From positions 1-50,082 of the forward strand of contig JAXGOY010000006.1 in assembly GCA_040767225.1 (NCBI GenBank): a stretch of 50,082 nucleotides of DNA, given 5' to 3'. The DNA is from Candidatus Dojkabacteria bacterium. GTDB taxonomy: Bacteria > Patescibacteriota > Dojkabacteria > SC72. This document shows positions 10,601 to 19,496 of this stretch, in pieces (position 1 is the first letter of the stretch; the number at the start of each line of letters is the position of its first letter). The translations under genes and the position numbers were made by a program. The notes beneath the pieces are model-generated. The model searched no databases. It worked only from the letters and a program-made list of their open reading frames with translations, and was not told the DNA's origin.

Positions 10601-13600
10601 TCAGTATAATGTAGCTGTAGGATACGGAGCACTGTTTACTAATGTAGCTAAGAATGCTTCTATTGCAATAGGCTATGAAGCTATGAGATATGCTGATAAT
10701 ACAACTACAACAGGTACAAGCGGGAATATAGCGGTAGGATATCAGGCATTAAAGGGCAGTACTACAGCTTCTAATAATACAGGAACAAATAATATTGCAA
10801 TGGGGTATCAATCAATGTATGGGAATACATCAGGATATGATAATGTCATGATAGGATCGTATGCTGGAAATGCTAATACAACTGGTATGCAGAATGTTGC
10901 AGTTGGAAGAGATGCTTTTAAATCAAATGTTGCAAAAAGTAATAATGTAGCAATAGGATATGGAGCTATGCTTTATGCATATAATTCTGCATCTGCAGGT
11001 AATTCATATAATACAGCACTTCGTTCGTATGCACTAAGAGGCATTACTACTGCTTCAAATAACTCTGTGACATATAATACTTCTATAGGAGGTCAATCTG
11101 GATATTCGATGACTTCAGGATCAAATAATGCTTTACTTGGGTATTATACTGGTTATGCTATTACTACTGGATCTAATAATAGTTTGTTTGGGTACAGTGC
11201 TGGTAGTAATTTAACAACGGGGAGTAATAATATAATTATTGGAGCTAATATTAATGCTGATTCTGCTACTGGTTCTAATCAGTTAAATATTGGTGGTGCA
11301 ATTAAAGGAGATTTAAGCACAGGGGATGTAAATATAACTCGTAATCTGGGTATTAATGGTGTTGCATACACTTGGCCTGGTTCAACTAATCCATATCCTT
11401 CTGCTACTATTAGTATATTAAATAATAATGGAAGCGGAGGATTATCATGGAGTACTTTTGCAGATTTGGGTCTTGTGTCTGGTACTGGTTCTGCAGGGCA
11501 GGTTTCATATTGGAGTGGTACAAATTCTATAACAGGGAGTGATAGTTTCTGGTGGGATTCAACAAATAACAGATTAGGGATTGGTACTAATACTCCTCAG
11601 GCTTCTATTGATATAGCGGGTGCTACCTCTACTATATCTAATGCTAGTGGGGATATTACAATTAGTCCTGCTTCTTTAATTTTATCGATTAATGGGAGAG
11701 TATATCAAACAGGTTTAGGTTATAGTACATATTTTGGACAATATGCAGGTAGAGTAGATGATCTAAGTGATAGGTATAATACTGGTATTGGGTATTCTTC
11801 ATTATATAATAATAGTACAGGGACAAAGAACGCAGCACTGGGATATTATTCGCTATATAGTAATACAGGGAGTTATAATACAGCAGTAGGGAGTAATGCA
11901 CTTCGTACAAATACAAGTGCATCATATAATACTGCAGTAGGGTATTATTCATTATATACTAATAGTACAGGGACATATAATACAGCCTTAGGATATTATT
12001 CATTATATAGTAATACAGGGAGTTATAACTCTTCTTTAGGAAGTTATTCTCTTTATTCTAATAGTTCAGGTACTAATAATACATCATTAGGATATTATTC
12101 TCTTTATTCAAATACAACAGGAAATTATAATGTAGCATTAGGATATCAAGCAGGTAGATATCAAGCTGATGGTAGTACAGCTCTTACAGATCCTGAGAAT
12201 AGTATATATATTGGATACAATGCTAAAGGTAAGGATAATAATGATAATAATTCAATAGTAATAGGATATAATGCAGTAGGATTAGGAGCTAATACAGTAG
12301 TATTGGGTAATGACAGTATAGTAACTACGGCATTAAAAGGTAATGTAGGTATTGGAACAACAAGCCCGGGATCAAAACTAGAAGTTGCAGGCGTTATGGC
12401 TGCTACTGGTATTAATGGTTTTATTTCTTCACCATATCAAATAGTAGCTCCCAAAGGATTAACAGGTATGGGCACAGGTGCCTTGATCTCGGTTGGAACT
12501 ACTGCAACAGGAACAAATCCAAGGAGTATAGCTGTTGATCCCAGTGGTCGTTTTGTCTATGTGACAAACTTTGGATCAAACAATGTTCAAGCCTACAGTA
12601 TCAACCAATCTACAGGTGCCTTGATCTCGGTTGGAACTACTGCAACAGGAACAAATCCAAGGAGTATAGCTGTTGATCCCAGTGGTCGTTTTGTCTATGT
12701 GACAAACTTTGGATCAAACAATGTTCAAGCCTACAGTATCAACCAATCTACAGGTGCCTTGATCTCGGTTGGAACTACTGCAACAGGAACAAATCCAAGG
12801 AGTATAGCTGTTGATCCCAGTGGTCGTTTTGTCTATGTGACAAACTTTGGATCAAACAATGTTCAAGCCTACAGTATCAACCAATCTACAGGTGCCTTGA
12901 TCTCGGTTGGAACTACTGCAACAGGAACAAATCCAAGGAGTATAGCTGTTGATCCCAGTGGTCGTTTTGTCTATGTGACAAACTTTGGATCAAACAATGT
13001 TCAAGCCTACAGTATCAACCAATCTACAGGTGCCTTGATCTCGGTTGGAACTACTGCAACAGGAACAAATCCAAGGAGTATAGCTGTTGATCCCAGTGGT
13101 CGTTTTGTCTATGTGACAAACTTTGGATCAAACAATGTTCAAGCCTACAGTATCAACCAATCTACAGGTGCCTTGATCTCGGTTGGAACTACTGCAACAG
13201 GAACAAATCCAAGGAGTATAGCTGTTGATCCCAGTGGTCGTTTTGTCTATGTGACAAACTTTGGATCAAACAATGTTCAAGCCTACAGTATCAACCAATC
13301 TACAGGTGCCTTGATCTCGGTTGGAACTACTGCAACAGGAACAAATCCGTTCGGTGTAGTTGTTGATCCCAGTGGTCGTTTTATCTATGTGATAAACTAT
13401 GAATTAAACAATGTTCAGGCCTACACTATTAATAATTTCTCCGCTGGCTCTGCCAACTTTGCGGGAGGTGTAGGAGCGATAGAAGAAATTAAAATTACAT
13501 CGAAAGAAGAGAATACTGTATTTACTGAAATTAAGACATTCAAAGGTTATGCTAACGAAACTTTTATTTCAATTAATCCATTTACAAAGGATAACACTGT

Positions 13601-15236
13601 GGGATCGGTACTTCGTATCTTTAGAAATGTTAACACAACAGGGGGTGTAGGAATAGATATCTTCAAAGGGGATAATACTCTTTCCGTAAATTCCCACTTG
13701 GGAGCAAATGGAGATACTTTTCTAAATGCAATCGTTGGCAATGTTGGTATTGGATTAACAAACCCTACATACCGCCTTCAATTACCTAATACTGCTAATA
13801 ATGCAGGAAAAGGACAAGCTAATGCATGGGTTACATATTCTGATATATCTTTAAAAGAAAATATACAGAATATAACTGGAGGATTAGATAAAATAATGGC
13901 ATTGAGAGGAGTTACCTTTGATTGGAAAGGACAAGGAGTAGCATCCTCAGGATTTATAGCTCAAGAGGTGGAATTAGTTATCCCTGATTTAGTATCTACA
14001 GATAGTAATGGTATTAAATCTTTGGATTATGGAAGATTTACACCATACTTAGTAGAAGCAATTAAAGAACAACAATTACAAATACAAACAGCATATAACA
14101 GGATTGAACAATTAGAAAATATAAATGAAAATAAAATAATAAGTATTACAACTCCAGGCTGGTATAGAATATCTAAACTAGATACGAATGATGATCATAG
14201 TAATATAAAAATAAATAATACAAGTGTAGGATCATCACAAAATCTAGTATTAAGCATAGACAGTACATTAAATAATCAAAATATTAATATAGTATCTAAT
14301 CTTACAACAGGAGAATATGATATTACTAAAGCAAGAATAAATAATGAGAATGGTATTAAATACTTAGAAATATATATACCAGAAGTAAATGAAAATAAAA
14401 TAAGTGTAAAAATAACTGAAAGTAGTAATTGGATAACTACTGATATTGTACAGATAACAGAAGAAGTTAATAATACACAAGAGTATGCATTAAATGGAAT
14501 ACTATTCGGTATTAGTGATAAATTGGAGGTAGAAGAAGATAATGTAAAGATAGCTGGGGACTTGCTATCACTCTCAGTTAATTCAAGTATAGGAGATAGT
14601 GCTAATAGATGGAATGATATATATGCAAAAGGAACAATAAGATTGGGAAGTGGTGCTGATGGAGAGGGAGCAATAAGATTTAATGTACAGACAAAAACTT
14701 TAGAGTTTAGTAATAACGGAGTTGAGTGGCTTTCAGTTGGGGATCTATCATCTCAGATGACTATATCTCCTGAGTATGCAGGAGCAATACTATTTGCAGA
14801 TGGAAGTGATAATTCTGGAATAATGACCTCTGATGCAGTAGAGGAAAGTGGTTCATTTAAGAACTATTATGAATGGGTATCCACTAAAGATACACCACAG
14901 GATTACGATATTCTTGTAAGAATTACTCTGCCTGCAGACTTCCTTGGCTGGAAGGAAGATGCAATATACTTAGACTTTATGACAGAAAACTCTGTAAGTA
15001 CTGATAATAACAGTGTAAACCTCTCCCTTATTGGTAATAGTGGTACTGATGTACAAATCACTGGGGGTATTAGCAAAATAGCTGGAGTATGGGAGAGAAT
15101 GAGTATTAAGGGAGCAGATATTACTCAATGCAATAGTGCAGGAGGAACATGTACACTTCGTATTTCCTTAACTTCAAGCATGGAGTACTTTACAAGAGTA
15201 GGAGATATAACTCTAAATTACAATAGATCTCTGTAA
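7620..15236 (+). CDS. Giant (2538 aa) secreted or surface protein, modular and tail-fibre/adhesin-like
   Basis: It has an N-terminal signal or anchor. The module-boundary motif GNVGIGTTSPxxKLEV recurs about 8 times. There are long Ser/Thr/Asn/Gly/Tyr-rich short repeats (xNTAxGYxAL), a 7-blade YVTN beta-propeller, a Peptidase_S74-like intramolecular chaperone domain, and a further C-terminal region of about 370 aa. Confidence 0.85.
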   Translation: MKKINCPNLAKNLFILLILSLVFAVFFRGSLYALSSDKINLQGKIVRNDTGHEGMNVIPGSPACVINGAGNDTCDFRVSYYTAITGGTLLLTEDFVNVEIGQFDGVFELSLGSGTITTTAQCRDGACNSPSEVISEYGDVYIELKFAPDGINLTETFTRMPLEASPYAIFSKFAEGAHDAFKLSTSISNGSLENPSAGMIYFDTGSSQLKVYNGAEWQALSAGSASCLWTDAGTYSYLTSTTDDLVLGGSTVNTGRFVFDMDAGSGSYFDVFNDDHSNKLFTILGSGNVGIGTATPGAKLEVGGSASTITNSTGNLTISTGGGNGNILLMPNGTGNVGIGTTNPDSRMEIVAPAYDGTGPSSFEIQNWLRLVQSPASGPRPILQVYGSSTWGNVVQFGSSITDFMSLLRLRDENEGLIFGSNAAGYVHRLSTSGQILSLKADRVNYAPTWPISVFNINTDQQNPVNRLFEINFPLIVKTAETSVASFRVRAINSQTSDLFQWQDNNSNSLGVINIQGNVGIGTTSPTHKLELATHTTAAGGIGFGTDVELYRSGANILSLASGDNLNLVSGNVQIGSTTILTSGRLVQAANGSASSPAFSFSADTNTGMYGTGSDVLRLVTAGADRVTIDANGNVGIGTTSPFAGFHVNGIPTSPRKIGAIIGESYQVNGVDFAVLGSNQEAGLIVSTRNSTVINLGPNLLGTYGRVGIASIAGGQSGSDRTTAVAGLAFNTGGGNSTGGIIGGYFLSSTSSTSAFTGTEYLYGVQTSADSRAGIQTVSSIVYGIYSTAYGAAERGDTTYAGFFNATGGLTNYGIYSAGGNNYFNGNVGIGTTSPSSKLVVNTGGYSTIKLQYNGTPVVDIFSNVSSNIFIGLDSGSAITSGTGNVALGDNALSATTIGTSNTAVGYFALDSNVAKQGSTAIGYQAMAYADNTTTQGLSYNTAVGYQALVGSATPSSNTGMYNTAIGHQSMTTNTTGSYNSALGVNTLINNTIGQYNVAVGYGALFTNVAKNASIAIGYEAMRYADNTTTTGTSGNIAVGYQALKGSTTASNNTGTNNIAMGYQSMYGNTSGYDNVMIGSYAGNANTTGMQNVAVGRDAFKSNVAKSNNVAIGYGAMLYAYNSASAGNSYNTALRSYALRGITTASNNSVTYNTSIGGQSGYSMTSGSNNALLGYYTGYAITTGSNNSLFGYSAGSNLTTGSNNIIIGANINADSATGSNQLNIGGAIKGDLSTGDVNITRNLGINGVAYTWPGSTNPYPSATISILNNNGSGGLSWSTFADLGLVSGTGSAGQVSYWSGTNSITGSDSFWWDSTNNRLGIGTNTPQASIDIAGATSTISNASGDITISPASLILSINGRVYQTGLGYSTYFGQYAGRVDDLSDRYNTGIGYSSLYNNSTGTKNAALGYYSLYSNTGSYNTAVGSNALRTNTSASYNTAVGYYSLYTNSTGTYNTALGYYSLYSNTGSYNSSLGSYSLYSNSSGTNNTSLGYYSLYSNTTGNYNVALGYQAGRYQADGSTALTDPENSIYIGYNAKGKDNNDNNSIVIGYNAVGLGANTVVLGNDSIVTTALKGNVGIGTTSPGSKLEVAGVMAATGINGFISSPYQIVAPKGLTGMGTGALISVGTTATGTNPRSIAVDPSGRFVYVTNFGSNNVQAYSINQSTGALISVGTTATGTNPRSIAVDPSGRFVYVTNFGSNNVQAYSINQSTGALISVGTTATGTNPRSIAVDPSGRFVYVTNFGSNNVQAYSINQSTGALISVGTTATGTNPRSIAVDPSGRFVYVTNFGSNNVQAYSINQSTGALISVGTTATGTNPRSIAVDPSGRFVYVTNFGSNNVQAYSINQSTGALISVGTTATGTNPRSIAVDPSGRFVYVTNFGSNNVQAYSINQSTGALISVGTTATGTNPFGVVVDPSGRFIYVINYELNNVQAYTINNFSAGSANFAGGVGAIEEIKITSKEENTVFTEIKTFKGYANETFISINPFTKDNTVGSVLRIFRNVNTTGGVGIDIFKGDNTLSVNSHLGANGDTFLNAIVGNVGIGLTNPTYRLQLPNTANNAGKGQANAWVTYSDISLKENIQNITGGLDKIMALRGVTFDWKGQGVASSGFIAQEVELVIPDLVSTDSNGIKSLDYGRFTPYLVEAIKEQQLQIQTAYNRIEQLENINENKIISITTPGWYRISKLDTNDDHSNIKINNTSVGSSQNLVLSIDSTLNNQNINIVSNLTTGEYDITKARINNENGIKYLEIYIPEVNENKISVKITESSNWITTDIVQITEEVNNTQEYALNGILFGISDKLEVEEDNVKIAGDLLSLSVNSSIGDSANRWNDIYAKGTIRLGSGADGEGAIRFNVQTKTLEFSNNGVEWLSVGDLSSQMTISPEYAGAILFADGSDNSGIMTSDAVEESGSFKNYYEWVSTKDTPQDYDILVRITLPADFLGWKEDAIYLDFMTENSVSTDNNSVNLSLIGNSGTDVQITGGISKIAGVWERMSIKGADITQCNSAGGTCTLRISLTSSMEYFTRVGDITLNYNRSL
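10230..12320 (+). repeat. Degenerate short coding repeats (about 14-15 aa, NTAxGYxAL/YSLYSN type), in two blocks of about 10230-11300 and 11780-12320
   Basis: The translated sequence shows periodic motifs such as YNTAVGYQAL, NIAVGYQAL, YNTAVGYYSLYTN and YNTALGYYSLYSN. Near-identical 40-nt segments occur around 11840-11880 and 11990-12030. They resemble the beta-helical head repeats of trimeric adhesins and tail fibres. Confidence 0.5.
12477..13442 (+). repeat. Seven tandem 138-bp (46-aa) YVTN beta-propeller blade repeats; the first six (12477-13304) are nucleotide-identical
   Basis: The unit GGTGCCTTGATCTCGG...CAACCAATCTACA recurs with a period of exactly 138 nt (starts 12477, 12615, 12753 and so on). 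It encodes GALISVGTTATGTNPRSIAVDPSGRFVYVTNFGSNNVQAYSINQST. The seventh copy (13305-13442) diverges after about 40 nt. Confidence 0.9.
13830..14130 (+). other. Peptidase_S74-like intramolecular chaperone auto-processing domain, located internally in the giant protein
   Basis: The sequence ...WVTYSDISLKENIQNITGGLDKIMALRGVTFDWK...GFIAQEVELVIPDLV...LDYGRFTPYLVEAIKEQQLQIQ matches the SDxxxK(x)NI ... GxIAQEV ... LxxAIKELxxxI pattern of phage tailspike and endosialidase C-terminal chaperone domains. Confidence 0.7.
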
Positions 15237-15237
15237 T

Positions 15238-18066
15238 ATGAAAAAAGAGAAAGAGAATGGTAAAACAAACAGGAGTGTTGCTAGGCATATACTGCATATC
15301 TTTGGTTTAATAGTATGTGCACTTTGTATATATATTCTTGTTATTTCTTTCTCAAAAAAAGAAAATGATAGTATAGTAAGAGCTGATAGTAATACATATT
15401 TTAGAAATGAAAATCCTAATTTTAATGTAGAGTTTATAAATGGGCAGTATATTAAATTTGAAACAGTATCTTCATATGTAAATCCCATAGAGCAAAAAGA
15501 GCCTACTGTATGGGAGAAGATAAAGGGTAAATTGCATATTAATCAAACAAAGAAAGGGGTACAGATATCACTTGTTGAAGTATCATATGACTCTGTGTTA
15601 GAGGAAATGAGTGGGAATAATGTAGGGGAGAGGGAGTTAAATAAAAGCATTAAGCTTGCAAAGATAGGCAGAGAACTTGATAGTGAGAGTGAAGTACCAA
15701 AAGATACTGTAATATCTAAGAATATATATGATGGAGTTGATATTCAGTATCAAATAATAAAGGGGAAAGGTCTTAAAGAAGAGATTGTTTTAAATGAGAT
15801 ACCTCAATATACAACTGAATGTGGCAAGGGAGAGTGTGTACTGCCTGTTAATAGATTTGTTTTTGAAATTGAAGTAGACGATGGCTTAACTATTAAAAAG
15901 AGTATTAGTGCAACTGATAAATATCCTAATGGAGTTGTATATATTGTTGATGGAAAGGGGAATTACTATGCCCACTTTCTTCCTGAATATGCAACTGATG
16001 CTGTTGGTATTAAAACAAGTAATGTTAAAGCTAGTATAGTAAAAAATGAAGATAAATATATATATGAGATAGTTTTAGACTCAAAGTGGCTGCTTGATAA
16101 AGATAGGGTGTTTCCAATAAAGATAGATCCAAGTATTGTTCATGATACACAGTTTGTGTTTGAGCAAGGGCAGTTTGATAGAGTTAAACTTAATGAGGTT
16201 ATGAATATACAGCTTGATAAGGCTTTGTCAGGGCAGTATACATCGCCTTCTGTTACTGTTGGAAGCAATGCTGTGGTTAAGGGTATTGAGTGGCAAAGTT
16301 TTGGTCAGGCAACTGAGGATAAGCAGGCTCCTTTTTCAAGATTAGATCTTGTAGTAGAAAACAACTTCGATAATGAGGGCTCTTTAGGGCTTGAGCAGGG
16401 AGAGAGCAGGCAGTTTACTGTAAACACTGATTCATCTGGATATGTAACTGTACAGTTTTGGTCTTACAAAAGGAGAATGTCTGAGGATAGTGAACTGTTT
16501 TCATCTAATTTAGGAAAACTCATAATTGAGAATGATAAATATGTATTTATTGATAGTAATAATATGTCCTATAATACCGAAATAGAAGTAGAGTATAACA
16601 GGTGGCAGTATATTACTATTGTCTTTGGTATAACAAACTCTAATGTAACAGTATATATTGATAGTAAAGAGTTTTCTGCTGATATGTCATACGGTTCTCA
16701 GAATAATTTAGGGAGTATACAACTTTTTGGAAGCGGGTATTTTGATGTTTTAAGAGTGTATGAAAGAATGCTTGCAAGTAATGAGGTTTTAAGTGATTCT
16801 GGATATTCTGATATATATTTTGAATATATGACAAGTAATGATAATATATCCTGGAGTAATTGGATATCAAAGTCACAGTATCCTATATCCTTAGCTTTTG
16901 AGAATGGGAATATGGATATAGTAGTAGATAGTGTTGATACTTCTAAGTACAATTTACTTTCACTTAAATTTCTTGCAAAAGAGGAAGGATATATAACTAT
17001 GGGTGGAAGTAAATTTAGTAATGGAATAGTTGATCAAGATATTCACAGCCTAGTAGATGCAGAAGGACAATTGGATAATACTGAGCAGATAAAGTATATT
17101 GATTTTGTATTTAAGCCCTCTAGTTTGCAGGATTCATGTCTACTTAGTGTTGGGGATGTGAATATTAAAGTACTGCAAACAGGAAAGGTAATAGTTTTGT
17201 ATGATGGTGAAAGCAACGAGTTGGCAGATTTATACATACCTCAAAGGAATAATTATCTTTCTATTTCTTTTTTAGACGATAAAACAGAAATATATTTAAA
17301 CGGCTGGCTTTCATTTAGTGGTGAGCCATATGTGTTAAATGCTAATGAGTACAAAATTGGTTTAGGATGTAGTGATATGCAGAATGCATTTGACGGTGAG
17401 ATTGAAAATGTAAGATACTCAGCTACTGCCCAAGATGAAGATGATATTTTAGAGTATCATACAATTGAAGAGAGAAAATATCCGCTTAAACCTATATTTA
17501 GAGCTACTTTGCAGAATAACAGTCAGATATTAAATGCTCAAAGCACCTCTTTTTCAATTACACAGCAGGCCTTTGGTGCTGATAATTATGTTGTAACTCT
17601 TAACAAAGGGGATACTATTGTTGTTTCGCAAGATGAGTATACAGCTTCTGGTGTTGTGAGCTTTGTTGATAATGATACAGGGCTTGTAACTGTAAATGAG
17701 TGGGATAGCAGCAGTACATTTCCTAATGAGGGGTTTAGTACATCTGCAGAGGTTCTTAAATGGCAAGAAGAATATATACCAATAGTGTTAAATAGCAGTT
17801 TAAATATACAGTACGGTGGTGACCTACAAATTAAGGATATGAGCTTAATATCTGCATTTGATAGTGGGGAGAGTATTAATATACAAGAAGGTAGCAAGTA
17901 TGTTAAATATAGGCTCATATTTATATCGAAATATCCTGATATCTCTGCATCTATCTCTAGTGTAACAATTAATATTGAAGAAAGTGGTCCACAGATGGAG
18001 CAGATAATGAGACATGGCAAGTGGTTTAATGAGAGTGGCAAACAGCCGTACTGGTGGGCTCAATAA
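15238..18066 (+). CDS. Large membrane-anchored protein with two LamG/concanavalin-A-like lectin domains
   Basis: The ATG lies 1 nt after the giant gene's TAA (TAATATG). There is an N-terminal TM segment (ILHIFGLIVCALCIYILVI). Two motifs are typical of Laminin_G_3-type domains: ...FDVLRVYERMLASNEV... and ...FDGEIENVRYSATAQDEDDILEY. Confidence 0.6.
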   Translation: MKKEKENGKTNRSVARHILHIFGLIVCALCIYILVISFSKKENDSIVRADSNTYFRNENPNFNVEFINGQYIKFETVSSYVNPIEQKEPTVWEKIKGKLHINQTKKGVQISLVEVSYDSVLEEMSGNNVGERELNKSIKLAKIGRELDSESEVPKDTVISKNIYDGVDIQYQIIKGKGLKEEIVLNEIPQYTTECGKGECVLPVNRFVFEIEVDDGLTIKKSISATDKYPNGVVYIVDGKGNYYAHFLPEYATDAVGIKTSNVKASIVKNEDKYIYEIVLDSKWLLDKDRVFPIKIDPSIVHDTQFVFEQGQFDRVKLNEVMNIQLDKALSGQYTSPSVTVGSNAVVKGIEWQSFGQATEDKQAPFSRLDLVVENNFDNEGSLGLEQGESRQFTVNTDSSGYVTVQFWSYKRRMSEDSELFSSNLGKLIIENDKYVFIDSNNMSYNTEIEVEYNRWQYITIVFGITNSNVTVYIDSKEFSADMSYGSQNNLGSIQLFGSGYFDVLRVYERMLASNEVLSDSGYSDIYFEYMTSNDNISWSNWISKSQYPISLAFENGNMDIVVDSVDTSKYNLLSLKFLAKEEGYITMGGSKFSNGIVDQDIHSLVDAEGQLDNTEQIKYIDFVFKPSSLQDSCLLSVGDVNIKVLQTGKVIVLYDGESNELADLYIPQRNNYLSISFLDDKTEIYLNGWLSFSGEPYVLNANEYKIGLGCSDMQNAFDGEIENVRYSATAQDEDDILEYHTIEERKYPLKPIFRATLQNNSQILNAQSTSFSITQQAFGADNYVVTLNKGDTIVVSQDEYTASGVVSFVDNDTGLVTVNEWDSSSTFPNEGFSTSAEVLKWQEEYIPIVLNSSLNIQYGGDLQIKDMSLISAFDSGESINIQEGSKYVKYRLIFISKYPDISASISSVTINIEESGPQMEQIMRHGKWFNESGKQPYWWAQ

Positions 18067-18083
18067 TGTGTTAAAATATTGAA

Positions 18084-18710
18084 ATGAGTGGCTTTAAAGA
18101 TGCATTAGGAGAGAATAAAAAGTTTCTGCTTTTAGCATTAGCACTTCTTGCTGTTTGTGCTTTAGTTGTTTTTTCCCTGCAGTCAGGAAAATATCCATCT
18201 GGGACACTAATTATTGATAAAGGAAAAACATATTCTGCAGCAGAAAGGGTCTTAGATGAGAAATATGATTACAGCATTATTGTTTCTACAGTATATGGAG
18301 ATATATTTATAGATTTGTATGAGAAAGAGGCTCCAGATAATGTTAATAGTTTACTGTTTTTGATTAGTAAAAGATATTATGAAGGGCTTACATTTCATAA
18401 AGTTGTCAAGGATTTTGTGATTCAAGCAGGGGATACAAAAGGAGATGGAAGTGGAGATCCTGGATATACAGTAAAGAAGGAGAATTTAGTAGATTTTAAT
18501 GATTATGATGTGGGAATGGCTAATGCATCTCAATTTTTCATAGTACTTCCTAATTCTAATAAACAAAAGTTTAATGGAGAGTATACTTTAGTTGGGAAAG
18601 TTACTAAGGGTTTTGCAGTTGTTGATTCTATTGCAAAGGTAGAAGTTAATGAAGACTATAAGCCTGTTAATGATGTAGTTATTAAAAGTATATTAATTCA
18701 AGAGGACTAA
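18084..18710 (+). CDS. Cyclophilin-type peptidyl-prolyl cis-trans isomerase, membrane anchored
   Basis: Cyclophilin motifs FHKVVKDFVIQAGD and GDGSGDPGY are present, with an N-terminal hydrophobic helix. Confidence 0.85.
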   Translation: MSGFKDALGENKKFLLLALALLAVCALVVFSLQSGKYPSGTLIIDKGKTYSAAERVLDEKYDYSIIVSTVYGDIFIDLYEKEAPDNVNSLLFLISKRYYEGLTFHKVVKDFVIQAGDTKGDGSGDPGYTVKKENLVDFNDYDVGMANASQFFIVLPNSNKQKFNGEYTLVGKVTKGFAVVDSIAKVEVNEDYKPVNDVVIKSILIQED

Positions 18711-18767
18711 AACTATAAGTCTTCGTACTTAAGAAATATTTAATCCCTATCATCTAAAATATTTTAG

Positions 18768-19496
18768 GTGGAGGGTCAAATAAAAGGAAAAAACATTTTC
18801 ATACTCCTTCTCTTTTTTCTGCTTGGGTTTTTCACACATGTAGCAGTAATTAATTGGGGGAATATAGATATTTCGCCAGTTATATCATCTCTAAACAAAG
18901 AGACTGTAATAGAAGAGGTTGTAGAAAGCGAAGAAATTGTAGATGAAGTATGTACTTCAGCTCAAGAGAATGAAGATAAGGTAAAGCAAAAAGAAGATCT
19001 CTGCCCTGTGCTTGTTGATATTAGCGGTGCAGTAGCTATGCCAGGGGTTTACTGCTTTGCAGATGGTGCATCTGTTATTGATGCTGTTAAGAGGGCTAAT
19101 GGATTTACTCAGGATGCGGGTTTTAAGTATATATCAATGAAAATGAACTTATCCTCTGTGATGAAGGATAATTCTAAGGTGTATATACCTTTTGAAAGTG
19201 ATTATGATTGTAATCTTCTAGCATTCAGTCTTCCTAAGGAGGTTGTGGATATTGTAGTTCCGCCTCAGGAAAGTGATGATGATAGTGAAGAAGAAGATGA
19301 TAGCACTCAAGAAGGTGGTTGTATAAGCATAAATAATGCTACTTTGCAGGAATTAGAGACTTTAAATGGGGTAGGGCCCTCCACTGCTCAAAAGATTATA
19401 GATGGCAGACCATATACTAAAATAGAGGATTTGCTTAATGTAAGTGGAATAGGTGAAGCTACACTTAACAAGTTTAAAGACAGTATATGTCTTTAA
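18768..19496 (+). CDS. comEA: Competence protein ComEA (SLBB domain plus helix-hairpin-helix DNA-binding domain)
   Basis: The C-terminal sequence INNATLQELETLNGVGPSTAQKIIDGRPYTKIEDLLNVSGIGEATLNKF is a tandem HhH. The SLBB-like segment is VDISGAVAMPGVY. The start is GTG and there is an N-terminal TM segment. Confidence 0.8.
   Translation: MEGQIKGKNIFILLLFFLLGFFTHVAVINWGNIDISPVISSLNKETVIEEVVESEEIVDEVCTSAQENEDKVKQKEDLCPVLVDISGAVAMPGVYCFADGASVIDAVKRANGFTQDAGFKYISMKMNLSSVMKDNSKVYIPFESDYDCNLLAFSLPKEVVDIVVPPQESDDDSEEEDDSTQEGGCISINNATLQELETLNGVGPSTAQKIIDGRPYTKIEDLLNVSGIGEATLNKFKDSICL

Noticed and set aside
12477-13304. Perfect 138-bp tandem repeats as a possible CRISPR array or satellite.
   Set aside because: The copies are directly adjacent with no spacers. 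They are in frame and encode a recognisable YVTN propeller blade inside a long ORF.
7620-15236. A diversity-generating retroelement targeting the giant protein.
   Set aside because: No reverse transcriptase ORF and no template/variable repeat pair with A-specific mismatches is visible in this window. This cannot be excluded for the rest of the genome.
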